Part shown: positions 37,112 through 47,743 of the stretch, piece by piece
Position numbering within the stretch: position 1 is the first letter of the stretch
Layout of the letters: each line of letters opens with the position of its first letter
Source: Pirellulales bacterium
Lineage (GTDB): Bacteria; Planctomycetota; Planctomycetia; Pirellulales; PALSA-1355
Assembly (NCBI GenBank): GCA_963733035.1
Contig: CAVTBU010000010.1
Span: 167,346-231,345, forward strand
Length of the DNA stretch: 64,000 bases
Direction: 5' to 3'
Translations under genes and position numbers: made by a program
Notes under the pieces: generated by a model
The model's database searches: none
Told to the model about the DNA's origin: nothing
What the model saw: the letters and a program-made list of their open reading frames with translations, nothing else

Positions 37112-37303
37112 ATGCAGGTCCAGCCATTGCGATCCATTGCTGTCGTGGCACTGGCACTAGGTGCGTTCTTGACGCTGGGTTGCGCTGGACCGGTCGCCTC
37201 GGGGCTGGCCGACTTTGAGGACACGAAAGCCATCAACAAAGCCGCCGCCGATACGTCGTTTCCAAGTGCCGCCGAAGCCGGAGTGACCCCTGGTTCGCTA
37301 TAA
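37112..37303 (+). CDS. Small lipoprotein
   Basis: 63 aa, lipobox TLGC. Confidence 0.6.
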   Translation: MQVQPLRSIAVVALALGAFLTLGCAGPVASGLADFEDTKAINKAAADTSFPSAAEAGVTPGSL

Positions 37304-37405
37304 TAAAACAGAGCCGCGGGCAAGGCTGCCCGGGCAGCCAAGCGGACCACGCTCGTCCCTCGGCCGACGTAGTAACGAACATCCGCCACACGATGTAGAT
37401 TTCGC

Positions 37406-37926
37406 ATGCCAAACGCTACTCACTATCTTCGTTGGGGTGTCCTGTTTGCCATTCTCCTGTCGTGCGTGGGCTGCGATCAAATGACGAAGGAGATCGCCCG
37501 CAGCCATCTGGATGGCCACCCACCGCGCAGCTATTGTGCCGATCTATTCCGGCTAGTGTACGCTGAGAACCCGGGTGCTTTTTTGGGGCTGGGAGGCGAG
37601 CTTCCGTCGCATGCCCGCTGGTTGCTGTTGGTCGTGGTAAACACGGTTGTCGCTTCGGCGATTGCCGTCGTGCTGCTCTGGAATTCGAAGATGCCGGCCA
37701 CCCGTACGCTGGCTTGCGCCTGTTGTTGGGCGGGGCCATCGGCAATCTGATTGATCGGGTTCGTTTTGACGGACTGGTTATCGACTTTATGAACCTGGGC
37801 ATTGGACCGTTGCGCACGGGTATTTTCAACGTCGCTGACGTGGCCATCACGGTTGGCGCGGTGTTGTTGGTCTTGCCGCACTTCGCGCCTGCGAAACCCG
37901 CCGAGCCAGCCGCCGGTGCGTCGTAG
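37406..37926 (+). CDS. lspA: Lipoprotein signal peptidase II; frameshift near 37720 as given
   Basis: DQMTK, ENPGAFLG, then shifted GGAIGNLIDR, VIDF, FNVADVAI. Confidence 0.9.
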
Positions 37927-37937
37927 TGCATTGACGG

Positions 37938-38682
37938 TCAAATCCAGATCATTTTGAGCCCGGCAATCATCAACACGGCTGCAAGAAGATAACTGAGCGT
38001 GTGTGGGTCGAGCCTGCGGCTGCCCGCTTCGGCACCCAGGGCTCCGCCGATCGCCGCGGCGATGGCCCACACGGCGATTTCCGATGGCAGGTACCGCACG
38101 TTCGATATGGTACCTGCCAGCCCTGCCAGGGAGTTGAGCAGCACAAATGCCGCGGTCATACCGGCAGTTTCGCGCGCGGGGGCCCAGCCCATCGTGACGA
38201 TGAGGGGCGCTGATGAAAATGCCCCCTCCCGTGCCGGTCAGTCCCGAGATCAGTCCCACAATCCCACCGGCCAAAACGGCTCCCCAGCGCGGCGCGGGAC
38301 GAGGTTCCAAGGTGGAGCCGGAATAGGTCACGTAGATCATTCGAGCGGCCGTGACCAACAGGATCGCGCCCACCGCGGGGTTGTAGATTTGGCCTGGCAA
38401 ATGAATGGCACCGCCCACAAAGGCCATCGGTATCGAGCCGGCGGCAAACGGCCACAAAAGCGGCCACGAGAAAGCACCGGCCCGATAAAAGCGTACCGTG
38501 GCGATCGATGCCACGACCACGTTGAGGACCAGCGCGGCCGGTTTCATGACGTCGGCCGAGACACCAACCAGCGCCATGGCGGCCAGGTAACCCGATGCGC
38601 CGGCCTGTCCGACGGATGCATACAGCGCGGCCGTCAAGCAGATCAAGAGCGTTAACAATAGCGTATCGAGCATGGGCGGCAT
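37938..38682 (-). CDS. TauE/SafE (TSUP) family transporter; frameshift near 38208 as given
   Basis: YASVGQAGASGYLA, GLTGTGGGIF, then shifted MGWA...AAFVLLNS. Confidence 0.85.
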
Positions 38683-38909
38683 TCTAGCAGTTCCGCGTCG
38701 GACGGCTGAGCGTGACGCCCGCTGGCGACCGCGCGTCGCTGGGAGCTTGATCTCCGTCGTCTGATGTCCCCTGCGTTCGGGCCTCGATCTGGGGCATAAT
38801 CCGGACTGGGGGGCGTGCAACGTGCGGCCGGTACGTATATGATGGCGCGACTTCGAACATCCACTCACGTTGAGGGTGTTTCGATCATCATGGCCTGGAG
38901 AGTGGAACG

Positions 38910-39791
38910 TTGCTCAATCGGAGGCAGCTACTTTTCGTCGGCGTCGGCGCTTTGCTATTGTTGACGTTGTCTAGTCGCGCGGTGGCCGAGCAGCACGACG
39001 AGATGTTGTTCGACGCTCATCCCTGGGCTCGCTTTGGCAAAGGGGCATGGCGGCACGTGCGCATCGTCACGCAAAGTTTTGACGAACAAGGGGAGCCAAC
39101 CGATAGCAGCCTGACCGACAACAAAACCACGGTGATCGAAGTCACTCCCGAGCGCGTGACGCTGCAGGTTGAAGTCACCGTCGAGGTTGCCGGCCAGCGC
39201 TTTCCCAGCCAGCCGCAAATCATCAAGCAAGGCTACGCCGGCGAGACGCTTGGTGAGACAACGGCCGTCAAACCGCTCGACGGCGAGACGATTACCATCG
39301 ACGGCCAGGAGATTCGTTGCGAAGCCGAGCAAATTGAAATTGCCGGCGGCGTGACGCAAGAGATTAGTACGATTGCGTTCGCTCGCGATCGATATCCTGC
39401 CATCCTCCGCCGTAAGAGCACCCTTAGCGACGCGGCGGGCAGCAAAGTGATGCAGGAGGTGACGAGCGAAGTGAAGACGCTCGACATGGCGCACCGCATT
39501 CTCGACGAGCGCGAGCCGACCACGGCCTACCTGGTCCGCCTCGATCAAAAGAACGACCGCGGAACGACCGTTACCTGGAGCTGGCACGTGCCGGACGTGC
39601 CAGGCGAAGTCGTCGATCAATGTTCCAAGAAGCTCGACACGATGGGCCGGTTGGTTCGCCGCACGACGCTGGAATTGGTGGACTACGGCATTGTCGAGAC
39701 GGACGAAGTTGAGCAAGTCGAGACGCGCGACGCGACGCGCCGTGAGGCCGGTTCGCGTCGCACGCGTCGCCAACGGCGCCGGGCCAATTAG
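38910..39791 (+). CDS. Exported hypothetical protein, Tat-like signal
   Basis: NRRQLL + hydrophobic stretch; HPWARFGKGAW; beta-rich; Arg-rich tail. Confidence 0.7.
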   Translation: MLNRRQLLFVGVGALLLLTLSSRAVAEQHDEMLFDAHPWARFGKGAWRHVRIVTQSFDEQGEPTDSSLTDNKTTVIEVTPERVTLQVEVTVEVAGQRFPSQPQIIKQGYAGETLGETTAVKPLDGETITIDGQEIRCEAEQIEIAGGVTQEISTIAFARDRYPAILRRKSTLSDAAGSKVMQEVTSEVKTLDMAHRILDEREPTTAYLVRLDQKNDRGTTVTWSWHVPDVPGEVVDQCSKKLDTMGRLVRRTTLELVDYGIVETDEVEQVETRDATRREAGSRRTRRQRRRAN

Positions 39792-39808
39792 CGTCATGCC
39801 GAGTTGGC

Positions 39809-40030
39809 TTACGCGGTGACTCGCGCGAAGTTTGCCCGAACGTACTCGTCGGCATCGTCCAACGAGGAAAACTGCATGGCCTCGGCGTGGTTTTGCGACC
39901 ATTCCGCGCCGGTCCACACTTCATAGTCAGTCACGATTCGGGTGGGAGCACGGGTGGCGGAGGTACTCCCGGCGGGTTTGTCGGAACTAATCACGAACGC
40001 GTCGTCTTGTTGGCGGGTCAAGATGCCCAT
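39809..40030 (-). CDS. Small hypothetical protein
   Basis: 73 aa, YEVWTG..WS....A..F.SLDDADEYVRAN. Confidence 0.6.
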   Translation of the reverse strand: MGILTRQQDDAFVISSDKPAGSTSATRAPTRIVTDYEVWTGAEWSQNHAEAMQFSSLDDADEYVRANFARVTA

Positions 40031-40062
40031 GATGACTTGCCTGCCCTATGAAACGCGGAAAG

Positions 40063-40353
40063 CTAGACGGGACAGCTGATCTCGTAGCGGGTCATGCCGT
40101 TGATTTTCTGCGGCAGTTCTTTGACCTGGCAATCGACGCGGCATTCGGCAATGGTTGCCGAGTGTTCGATCCATTTGCCGCTAGTAAAGACAAATGTGTT
40201 TTTCTGGGCGTCCTCAAGAACGACGAACGGCTTGCCATAGACGACCGGCGCCTTCTTCTCGAAGACTTCCAGCGGTGGTCGAGTCGCAGCCGCTGATTGA
40301 GCGCCGCCCCGAGATTTCGGCCGCTTATTGTGACGGCGATTCCGTTGGCTCAT
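40063..40353 (-). CDS. Small hypothetical protein with basic N-terminus
   Basis: 96 aa, AGGAG RBS. Confidence 0.65.
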   Translation of the reverse strand: MSQRNRRHNKRPKSRGGAQSAAATRPPLEVFEKKAPVVYGKPFVVLEDAQKNTFVFTSGKWIEHSATIAECRVDCQVKELPQKINGMTRYEISCPV

Positions 40354-40425
40354 GCGTCAAATCTCCTGTCGAGGTTAGCGGCACCGGACCTGGAGGTTCG
40401 TCCTTCCCCCAACTGGAGCCAGATC

Positions 40426-40466
40426 GAAAACGATTGCCGGAGGCGCGCAGAAGGCGCCTCCGGCAA
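40426..40466 (-). terminator. Intrinsic terminator after the RRM gene
   Basis: 13-bp stem TTGCCGGAGGCGC/GCGCCTCCGGCAA, then TCGTTTTC on minus strand. Confidence 0.65.
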
Positions 40467-40478
40467 CGATCGTGTGCT

Positions 40479-40781
40479 TTAATACCGGCGACTGAAGTTG
40501 CCGCGTCGACCACCCCCGCCTCCACTGCGATCCTCGCGCGGCTTGGCTTCGTTCACCGTCAGCGGACGGCCACCAAACTCCTTCTCGTTCAACTCGGAAA
40601 TCGCTGCGCGGGCGGCGTTGTCGTCGGCCATCTCCACAAAACCGAAGCCTTTGCTTCGACCAGTGTCGCGGTCCTGAATGACTTGTGCACTGCGCACCTC
40701 ACCAAAGGGTGCGAAGAGATCCTCGAGACTGGCGTTGGTTGTGTCGTAGCTCAGATTGCCGACATAGAGCTTCAAACTCAT
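40479..40781 (-). CDS. RRM (RNP-1) RNA-binding protein with Gly/Arg tail
   Basis: KLYVGNL (RNP2), KGFGFVEM (RNP1), GRPLTVNEAKPR. Confidence 0.95.
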   Translation of the reverse strand: MSLKLYVGNLSYDTTNASLEDLFAPFGEVRSAQVIQDRDTGRSKGFGFVEMADDNAARAAISELNEKEFGGRPLTVNEAKPREDRSGGGGGRRGNFSRRY

Positions 40782-41228
40782 GTCCTTCTCCCGAAAAAAG
40801 TCCGACCAAATTCGCTCCCGGGTCGATGCGGGAGTGGCCAGACATGGCGGCCAGCCAAGTGGGAGAGGCGAAAGAAAGGGCAGATTCGGAGAATCGTTGC
40901 TCGAACGTCGTCAAACCGACTACGTGAACTATAGCGGAATGAAGCGTCCGGAATAGTGCAATTCACGGGCCCTGGGGGACCTCTCGAGGCTCTTCGTCGC
41001 TCGTGGCAACCGACGTTGATTCGCCTATCCCGCGTGCGTCAATCGGGTTGCGCCCGCGGAAGCAAGCGATGGTTGGTTGTCGGAAGGCGGTGATATTACT
41101 TTTCAGCGGTGTTGGATGCGATTTCCGGCGACGCTGTGAGAGCGGAATGGCCGCTAATTCGCTCGCACATCTCAAGCGGCACATTTTGTTGCAGCAAGCG
41201 AGTATCGGACCTGATACAATAGGTTGTA

Positions 41229-41468
41229 ATGCGACCCACCTCTCATGCCCGCGCGACTATCCTTCGCCGGATTGCGCATCTGGATATGGAACTTCGGCGC
41301 GTTCGTGCCGAATTGCGGGGTCTGCGCAATAACGACCCGGCCACTTCCGAGGTCGTCATGCGTGGCGCCCGATTGTTTCAAGAGAAGTCCGGGTTGGAAC
41401 GACGGCTCGAAGTGTTGCAATTGGATCCCACGCAGCTGCCAAGCGCGGAACTATCGAGCCCGTGTTAG
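41229..41468 (+). CDS. Small helical hypothetical protein
   Basis: 79 aa coiled-coil-like ORF; no strong motif. Confidence 0.4.
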   Translation: MRPTSHARATILRRIAHLDMELRRVRAELRGLRNNDPATSEVVMRGARLFQEKSGLERRLEVLQLDPTQLPSAELSSPC

Positions 41469-41568
41469 AGGGAAGTGGTGGAATCGAGCAGCTGGCGTGC
41501 TCGCACATGGTCGACAGGTGTGATGTGCCTGCCTTACGAGTTGCTGCAAATCTTTGAGGAGTGCCCGA

Positions 41569-41727
41569 ATGGACGAGACGAAGACGGAAGAACGCCGGCA
41601 GGTTGAAGAGCAATTGGAAATCGTTCGCGCGAAACTGCGTGCCACGGGAGCGACCGTGCTCTCGCCGACCAACGAATGGGCGGAACTGCGAAAGCAAATG
41701 CTCGTACTGACGCGCAAGCTGAAGTAG
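41569..41727 (+). CDS. 52-aa helical hypothetical protein (below ORF-track cutoff)
   Basis: GAGGAG RBS; MDETKTEERRQVEEQLEIVRAKLRATGATVLSPTNEWAELRKQMLVLTRKLK*. Confidence 0.55.
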   Translation: MDETKTEERRQVEEQLEIVRAKLRATGATVLSPTNEWAELRKQMLVLTRKLK

Positions 41728-42080
41728 CACCGCCGGAGACAAGCCTCGCGGAATTCGCCTCCGCGAGATAACCTTTTTCGAACAACTGGGCCGGTAAGCT
41801 CGCGAAAGAGCCGACGGATTTGATTGCCGGCCGGAATTCACCTTCTCTCGTCTATGCGGGCAGACCGCCGGTCGGCCTCTCTTCATAGATCGGAGCGGAA
41901 CAAGTCGGGCGTAACGCGCCCCGCGCATGGCGATTGAGCCTGCCGGCAGCGTTACGTCAGCGATTTGTGCAACGCGGCCGATGCTTCTTGCGTTTCCTTG
42001 TGAGGTCGTTTGCGCGCGGCGGCGCGGACGATGGAGCCGTGGAAACGATTAACTAGTTTGACCTAGCGGAAAGAGGTGCC

Positions 42081-42419
42081 ATGAGCGAAAAGAAGCCCGT
42101 TCCCACGCAAACTTTGCCTAAAAGGCGGCTCTGCCCGGTCTGCGGTAGCGTGTCGTACTCGCAAACCGGTACGCATCCGCAATGCGCCTTGGCACGAGAG
42201 GACGCACTGTCGAAAGCAGCGCGAAAAGCGGCGGAAGTTAAGAGCGTCTCGTGCGCGGAGCGAAAATCATGGTCAAAGGATTGTCCGAAATGCAAACGGA
42301 GCATTCCTGCTCGCCGCCACGTTTGCGACTGTGGGCATCAGTTTGCTCCTGCTCCTGCAGTGTCCTCCGCTCGTAACGCACCCGCGAGGGCCGTCTCAAG
42401 CCAGCAAAAACGACGGTAA
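42081..42419 (+). CDS. Small double zinc-ribbon protein
   Basis: CPVC..HPQC and CPKC..CDCGH; GAGG RBS. Confidence 0.7.
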   Translation: MSEKKPVPTQTLPKRRLCPVCGSVSYSQTGTHPQCALAREDALSKAARKAAEVKSVSCAERKSWSKDCPKCKRSIPARRHVCDCGHQFAPAPAVSSARNAPARAVSSQQKRR

Positions 42420-42452
42420 TCTCATTTCAAAACTTTAACCCGAGGCACTCAA

Positions 42453-42692
42453 ATGGCGATCACTCCGGTCCAGGATAAAACAATCACTCGGCAGGTGCTG
42501 GGAAAGCTCGCCCGGCGCGGCTTGAATTCGCCGTGCCGCGTGGGAGTCGCTACGGTGAAAGGTCAGGTGACGCTCAGCGGCACCGTGCAATACGCGCATC
42601 AGAAGCCGACTGCCGTGCAGGTTGCCAACGGAATTGCGGGGGTCAAGCGAGTCATCGATAACCTGATCGTCAAGGTCATTGCCAAGCGATAA
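42453..42692 (+). CDS. Single BON-domain protein
   Basis: D..I...V...L..GQVTLSGTV......A...A..IAGVKRVIDNL. Confidence 0.85.
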   Translation: MAITPVQDKTITRQVLGKLARRGLNSPCRVGVATVKGQVTLSGTVQYAHQKPTAVQVANGIAGVKRVIDNLIVKVIAKR

Positions 42693-42830
42693 GACCGCCG
42701 AATTCGAACGGACTGCCGAAGTTCGGCGGGTTCCTGGGGTCAATCTTGAACCGCGCTCGACAGACCGCCTATAATACAAAAACCCTGAATTGGGGGGATT
42801 CGACTGTCTCGCGCGAGTCTCAATGGGTCC

Positions 42831-43651
42831 ATGTCTGAATCGTTCAATGGCTATCACGTTTGGCTGGGGATTCCGCCAAACGAACAGCCGCCGAACCACT
42901 ATCGACTGCTCGGCATTGCGATCTTCGAAACCGATCTGGACGTGATTGATCACGCCGCAGACCGGCAGATGGCGCACGTGCGTACGTTTCAATCGGGGCG
43001 AAACGCCGCGTTGTCGCAGCAGATCCTCAATGAACTGGCCGCTGCCCGAGTCTGCCTGCTGAACCCGCAGCGTAAAACCGACTACGACGCCGAACTGAAG
43101 GCAAAACTATCTTCCGCGCCCAGGTGGCCGCGGTACCGGTTGGCAAAGCGGTGCCCGTTGCGCAGCCGGCCGTCCCGACGGCGATGCCGGTGTCACCGGC
43201 GCGCCAGGCGACTCCCCAGCAGAAGACGCCGGACAAGAACGTTCCGGCCGCCATCCCGCTCGACGCAGACGACGACCCCTACGGCCTCGATACGAGCGAT
43301 CTATCGAACAACGAAGTCGACGATTACGAGAGTAAATTGTCCAGCGCCGCCGGCGCTACGCCAATGATCAACCCGTTGGCCGCTCGTCGAACGGCCAAGG
43401 GTGACCAGGCGTTCCAGCAGGCAATCGTCTATACGTTGGTCGGATTGGCCGTGGTGATCGTGCTCATGATTGGCTTCCAGATTGTTCGGCGTGCAATCGG
43501 CCCGCTCGAGGAGTTGTTCCAGTCGGCTCCGGTCACTGAACCGGCTGCTGAGGTGAGCCCGGCGGCACCAACTCCGCAGGCCCCCGCTCCGGCACCGCCG
43601 GGAAGCCAGGACAAGGCGGCGTCGCGCGCGGTCGACGAAGCGAGCCGGTAG
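42831..43651 (+). CDS. Planctomycete-type YHxWLGIPP..NHYRLLG (J-domain-like) membrane protein; frameshift near 43120
   Basis: N-terminal domain ending LLNPQRKTDYDAEL; shifted frame gives Pro-rich linker and TM AIVYTLVGLAVVIVLMIGF. Confidence 0.7.
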
Positions 43652-43689
43652 TGTCTGCCTAGCCAGCAGCTTGGCAAGTTGCTCGCAGG

Positions 43690-44244
43690 CTATCCGCGCC
43701 TCGTGCGGCGAAAGCAATTCGGCGAATGATCGTTCACGATGCCCGTGGCTTGCATCCAGGCATAGACGATCACCGGTCCGACGAATTTGAATCCGCGCTG
43801 CTTGAGCGCCTTGGAGATTTCCTCCGAAAGCGGAGTCTTGGCTGGGAACTTGCCCGTTCGATTGCGAATCGGCTTTCCACCGACGAAGCCCCAGGCGAAT
43901 TTGGAGAAGTCCTCACCGCGCTCGGCCATTTGCAGAAACGCCTTCGCACCGCCGATGGTCGCTTCGATCTTGGCCCGCGAGCGGACGATTCCGTCGTTTT
44001 GCAGCAGGCGATCGACGTCTTTCTCGCCGAAGCGGGCCACCTTCGCTGGATCAAATCCTCGAAACGCCTGGCGAAACGCATCGCGCTTGCGGAGGATCGT
44101 GATCCAGGCGAGCCCGGCTTGAAAGCCGTCGAGCATGAGCTTCTCCCACAGCGCCCGGCTATCGAACTCGGGGACGCCCCACTCGTGGTCGTGATAGGCC
44201 TGCATCAGCGGATCGCCTTCGGCCCAGGCGCAGCGAGTAGGCAT
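43690..44244 (-). CDS. tag: DNA-3-methyladenine glycosylase I
   Basis: RCAW, YHDHEWG, FQAGLAW.TIL.KR, GFKFVGP, NDH..CF. Confidence 0.96.
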   Translation of the reverse strand: MPTRCAWAEGDPLMQAYHDHEWGVPEFDSRALWEKLMLDGFQAGLAWITILRKRDAFRQAFRGFDPAKVARFGEKDVDRLLQNDGIVRSRAKIEATIGGAKAFLQMAERGEDFSKFAWGFVGGKPIRNRTGKFPAKTPLSEEISKALKQRGFKFVGPVIVYAWMQATGIVNDHSPNCFRRTRRG

Positions 44245-44653
44245 TTCTGATTCCTCGTCAGTCGTTGGCCAGTTTGGGGTTCTAACCGGTGCGCGGCGTA
44301 GTACTACCGCGGGCTGTTCAGTCGTGTCTGCTTTGCGCTACCCACGTGTCCTACGCGATGTTGAACGGTCGGTTTGGAAATCGAGACGCTGAAGGACCAA
44401 ACATTGTAAGTCCGGTGATTGTTCCGAGAAGTTGAGGCGGTTGTGGATGACGGAATTGCCTACCACGGGTCGCGGTCATAGTGCAAAACGGTCCGCCCGC
44501 CCCCCGAGCATCCCAGAATCGGCGAATACCACCAACCTTTCGGTAGTGTCCTGCATTGTGCGCTAGGACACCACCAACCATTCAGGCTCATTGCCAATTA
44601 GGCGAAATCACTGCATAATCCAGGATTCTCTTTCCTGCCTGCGGAGCCCCACC

Positions 44654-46126
44654 ATGAAGGACAAAATTGCCTCGACCGGCATCACCTTTGACGACGTCTT
44701 GCTCGAGCCACGGTATAGCGCCGTCGTCCCTTCGGAAGTGGATGTGACCACGCGACTCACCCGCCGCATCGGACTGAACATCCCACTGCTCAGCTCGCCG
44801 ATGGATACGGTGACCGAGAACGAGATGGCGATCGCCCTGGCTCAGGAAGGGGGGCTGGGCGTGATCCACAAGAATATGTCGATCGAACGGCAGACCGAGG
44901 AGGTCGACAAGGTCAAACGCAGCGCCAACGGCATCATCACCGATCCGGTGACGCTACCGCCCGATGCCAGCGTCGGTCGGGCGCGCGAAGTGATGGACCA
45001 GCACAATGTCTCGGGCGTGCCAATTACGACCGAACACCGCCGACTGGTGGGCATTCTCACCCGCCGCGATCTTCGCTTTCTCGAGAACGCTGAGCTCAAG
45101 ATTTCCGAGGTAATGACCCGGGAACAATTGGTAACGGCTACGGGAGCCGTAACGCTTGAGGAAGCTGAGAAGATTTTGATGGCAAAAAAGGTCGAGAAAC
45201 TTCTACTGGTTGACGAAAATTACACACTGACCGGCCTCATCACCATCAAAGACATTGACATGATGAAGCGGTTTCCGAACGCCTGTAAAGATGGGCAGGG
45301 TAGGTTGCGGGTCGGAGCGGCGGTCGGAGTGCATGACTACGAGCGGGTTGAAAGCTTGCTAGCAAAGGACGTTGACGTGCTGGTGGTCGACAGCGCCCAC
45401 GGGCACTCGAACAACGTGATCGAGACGGTCAAGAATTTGAAGAAGCAGTGGGACATCGACGTCGTGGCCGGCAACGTGGCAACCGCCGCCGGCTGCCGCG
45501 ACCTGATCGAGGCGGGAGCCGACGCCGTGAAGGTAGGCATCGGCCCTGGTTCGATTTGTACGACGCGAATCATTTCCGGCGTCGGGGTTCCGCAGATTAC
45601 CGCAATTTACGAGGCGGCCCAAGCCGCGAAGGATGCCGGCGTGCCGATCGTTGCCGATGGCGGCGTTCGCTACTCGGGCGACGTGACAAAAGCCCTCGCG
45701 GCGGGTGCTCATGTGGTCATGATTGGCGGGCTATTGGCCGGTTTGAGCGAGAGCCCGGGAGAACAAATCCTCTATCAAGGACGAAGCTTCAAAGTTTACC
45801 GAGGCATGGGTTCGCTGGGTGCGATGATGCAAGGCTCAAGCGAACGCTATCGCCAGCGGGGCGTCGAACGCAAACCTGGCAAACTCGTGCCCGAAGGAGT
45901 TGAGGGGCGCGTGCCGTTCAAGGGTCCTTTGAGCAGCTTCATCTATCAGCTCGTGGGCGGATTACGAGCCGGCATGGGATATTGCGGCACGCAAACCATT
46001 GAAGAGTTGCGCACCAAAACACGGTTCATTCAGATCTCCGCGGCAGGAGTACGGGAGAGTCATCCACATGACATCGCGATCACGCAGGAAGCGTCCAACT
46101 ACAGTACCGCGTCGGACGACCATTAG
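44654..46126 (+). CDS. guaB: IMP dehydrogenase
   Basis: [19 protein letters not shown] pair, [26 protein letters not shown]. Confidence 0.97.
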   Translation: MKDKIASTGITFDDVLLEPRYSAVVPSEVDVTTRLTRRIGLNIPLLSSPMDTVTENEMAIALAQEGGLGVIHKNMSIERQTEEVDKVKRSANGIITDPVTLPPDASVGRAREVMDQHNVSGVPITTEHRRLVGILTRRDLRFLENAELKISEVMTREQLVTATGAVTLEEAEKILMAKKVEKLLLVDENYTLTGLITIKDIDMMKRFPNACKDGQGRLRVGAAVGVHDYERVESLLAKDVDVLVVDSAHGHSNNVIETVKNLKKQWDIDVVAGNVATAAGCRDLIEAGADAVKVGIGPGSICTTRIISGVGVPQITAIYEAAQAAKDAGVPIVADGGVRYSGDVTKALAAGAHVVMIGGLLAGLSESPGEQILYQGRSFKVYRGMGSLGAMMQGSSERYRQRGVERKPGKLVPEGVEGRVPFKGPLSSFIYQLVGGLRAGMGYCGTQTIEELRTKTRFIQISAAGVRESHPHDIAITQEASNYSTASDDH

Positions 46127-46142
46127 GTTGTCGCCGCGGGCT

Positions 46143-47333
46143 ATGCGCCGCATGACTTGGGGCGCGTGCACCGCCGCGCTGGCGATCGCTCAGGCGATCC
46201 ATCTGCCAGTTGCGTGGGCCAGCGAGGAAGTCTTTCGCCCGGTCGTCCCCGCCGCGTCGGTCGCTCCGGCCAAATTGAAGGCAGCCAGCGGTCTGAAATG
46301 GCGGGCTCGTGGCGCGTCCTCTGCCGTCGAACCGCAACAACCTGCCGTGCGGGCCACGGATGCGTTTGCTCCTGCGGGAGAGGCTAGACAAGTGTCGGCC
46401 GTTGAGCCGGACGAAACGAAACGACCGGCAGCGGTCGCTCTCAGAGCCAACCAGATTTCGACCAAGCAGACGCGGGCGCGGCTGCGCGATTCGGTGATGC
46501 AGGTCGGCGCATACGAGGACCCCCAGGCTCCGCCGACGAGCGATTCGCAATCGACTGCCGCGAAGAGCCAAGACTCGGCGCTGCGCGATCCTTTTGAAAG
46601 CGCGACCGAACCCGCGACACCCTCCACCGAGGCTGCGCCGGCCTTGCCAGTCCCGGAGACGACACCCGTCCAAAGTGCTCCGCCAGCGATGCCAGACGAC
46701 GTCGCGCCGCCGGCGGTGGACGACCTGTTCCGAGACGAACCGCTGCGCCAGCCGCGCGAGCCGGCAGTGATTCCGCCGGAGGAACGCGAACAATTGCTCG
46801 ATCGTGGTCTGAGCACCGAACCAGGCGGTGTGGGTTGCGCGGACCAGCACGACGAATGTCAACGAGCGTTGCAAGAGTTGCAGAAGCGCGACATCACGAC
46901 GATTACCGTGGGACTTTTAATCGAGGGAGTCGAGGGAACCGACTTTCCCTGTGATTGTCGACTCGGGCGCGACTTCGACGCGCCGAAATTCGCCGGTCGT
47001 AATTTCGCACCGACTCTATTTACTTGGAAGGCCAGCGGCACTTGCTCCAAGCCGCTGTATTTCCAGGACGTGCAGCTGGAACGCTACGGTCACTCTTGGA
47101 ACCCAGTCGTACAGCCGTTCATGTCGGCGGCCCACTTCTTCGTCAGCGTACCACTGCTGCCCTACAAGATGGGTTTGCGTCCGCCCAACGAATGCGTGTA
47201 CTCGCTGGGGTACTACCGCCCAGGCAGTTGCGCACCGTATCTGTTTGAGCCGATACCGCTCAGTCTGCGTGCCGCGCTGTTCGAAGGGGCCGGGGCGACG
47301 GCATTCGCCTTCTGGTTCTGGCCGCCGCACTAA
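46143..47333 (+). CDS. Exported Pro/Ala-rich hypothetical protein with Cys-containing C-terminal domain
   Basis: Signal peptide; C-terminal KPLYFQDVQLERYGH..QPF.SAAHFF..PPNECVYSLGYYRPGSCAP. Confidence 0.75.
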   Translation: MRRMTWGACTAALAIAQAIHLPVAWASEEVFRPVVPAASVAPAKLKAASGLKWRARGASSAVEPQQPAVRATDAFAPAGEARQVSAVEPDETKRPAAVALRANQISTKQTRARLRDSVMQVGAYEDPQAPPTSDSQSTAAKSQDSALRDPFESATEPATPSTEAAPALPVPETTPVQSAPPAMPDDVAPPAVDDLFRDEPLRQPREPAVIPPEEREQLLDRGLSTEPGGVGCADQHDECQRALQELQKRDITTITVGLLIEGVEGTDFPCDCRLGRDFDAPKFAGRNFAPTLFTWKASGTCSKPLYFQDVQLERYGHSWNPVVQPFMSAAHFFVSVPLLPYKMGLRPPNECVYSLGYYRPGSCAPYLFEPIPLSLRAALFEGAGATAFAFWFWPPH

Positions 47334-47357
47334 TCCGGTTCGGACTACGTGTTAAGC

Positions 47358-47404
47358 AAAGAAAACCGCCAGGCAGCCCTCAGGCTCCTGGCGGTTTTTG
47401 TTTG
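47358..47404. terminator. Bidirectional intrinsic terminator
   Basis: AAAGAAAACCGCCAGG..CCTGGCGGTTTTTGTTT between convergent genes. Confidence 0.8.
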
Positions 47405-47446
47405 CGTCAAACTGGCGACGTGTCCGTGCGCCAGGGTCAATCAAGG

Positions 47447-47743
47447 CTATTCGTTAACGACCGTTTCGCCCGTTTCCACCCAAGCGTCTTGTCGCGGCGC
47501 TGTCGAGTAGCCTTCCCAGACGGTGCCGGGCATCACGCCGCGGCTTGTCCCGCGCTGCGTGCCGCGATAGTAGTTTCGCCGCACGGCGTTGCCGTAGAAA
47601 TGTCCGGGCCGCGAAGGCCGCTCGAGAATTGGCATCGAACGGATGTCGCGCCGCGTGAGGTTTGCCGTATTGCGAGCAACGGCGATCGTTCCCACCGCCA
47701 ATAGCGAGGCGGCCACCAGTGCCCAAGTCACAGTGCGAATCAT
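47447..47743 (-). CDS. Small exported hypothetical protein
   Basis: Signal peptide; IRSMPILERPSRPGHFYGNAVRR; GAGGAG RBS. Confidence 0.7.
   Translation of the reverse strand: MIRTVTWALVAASLLAVGTIAVARNTANLTRRDIRSMPILERPSRPGHFYGNAVRRNYYRGTQRGTSRGVMPGTVWEGYSTAPRQDAWVETGETVVNE

Noticed and set aside
44245..44653. Purine riboswitch upstream of guaB
   Set aside because: Conserved purine aptamer core not found; only a short hairpin and a CACCAACC direct repeat.
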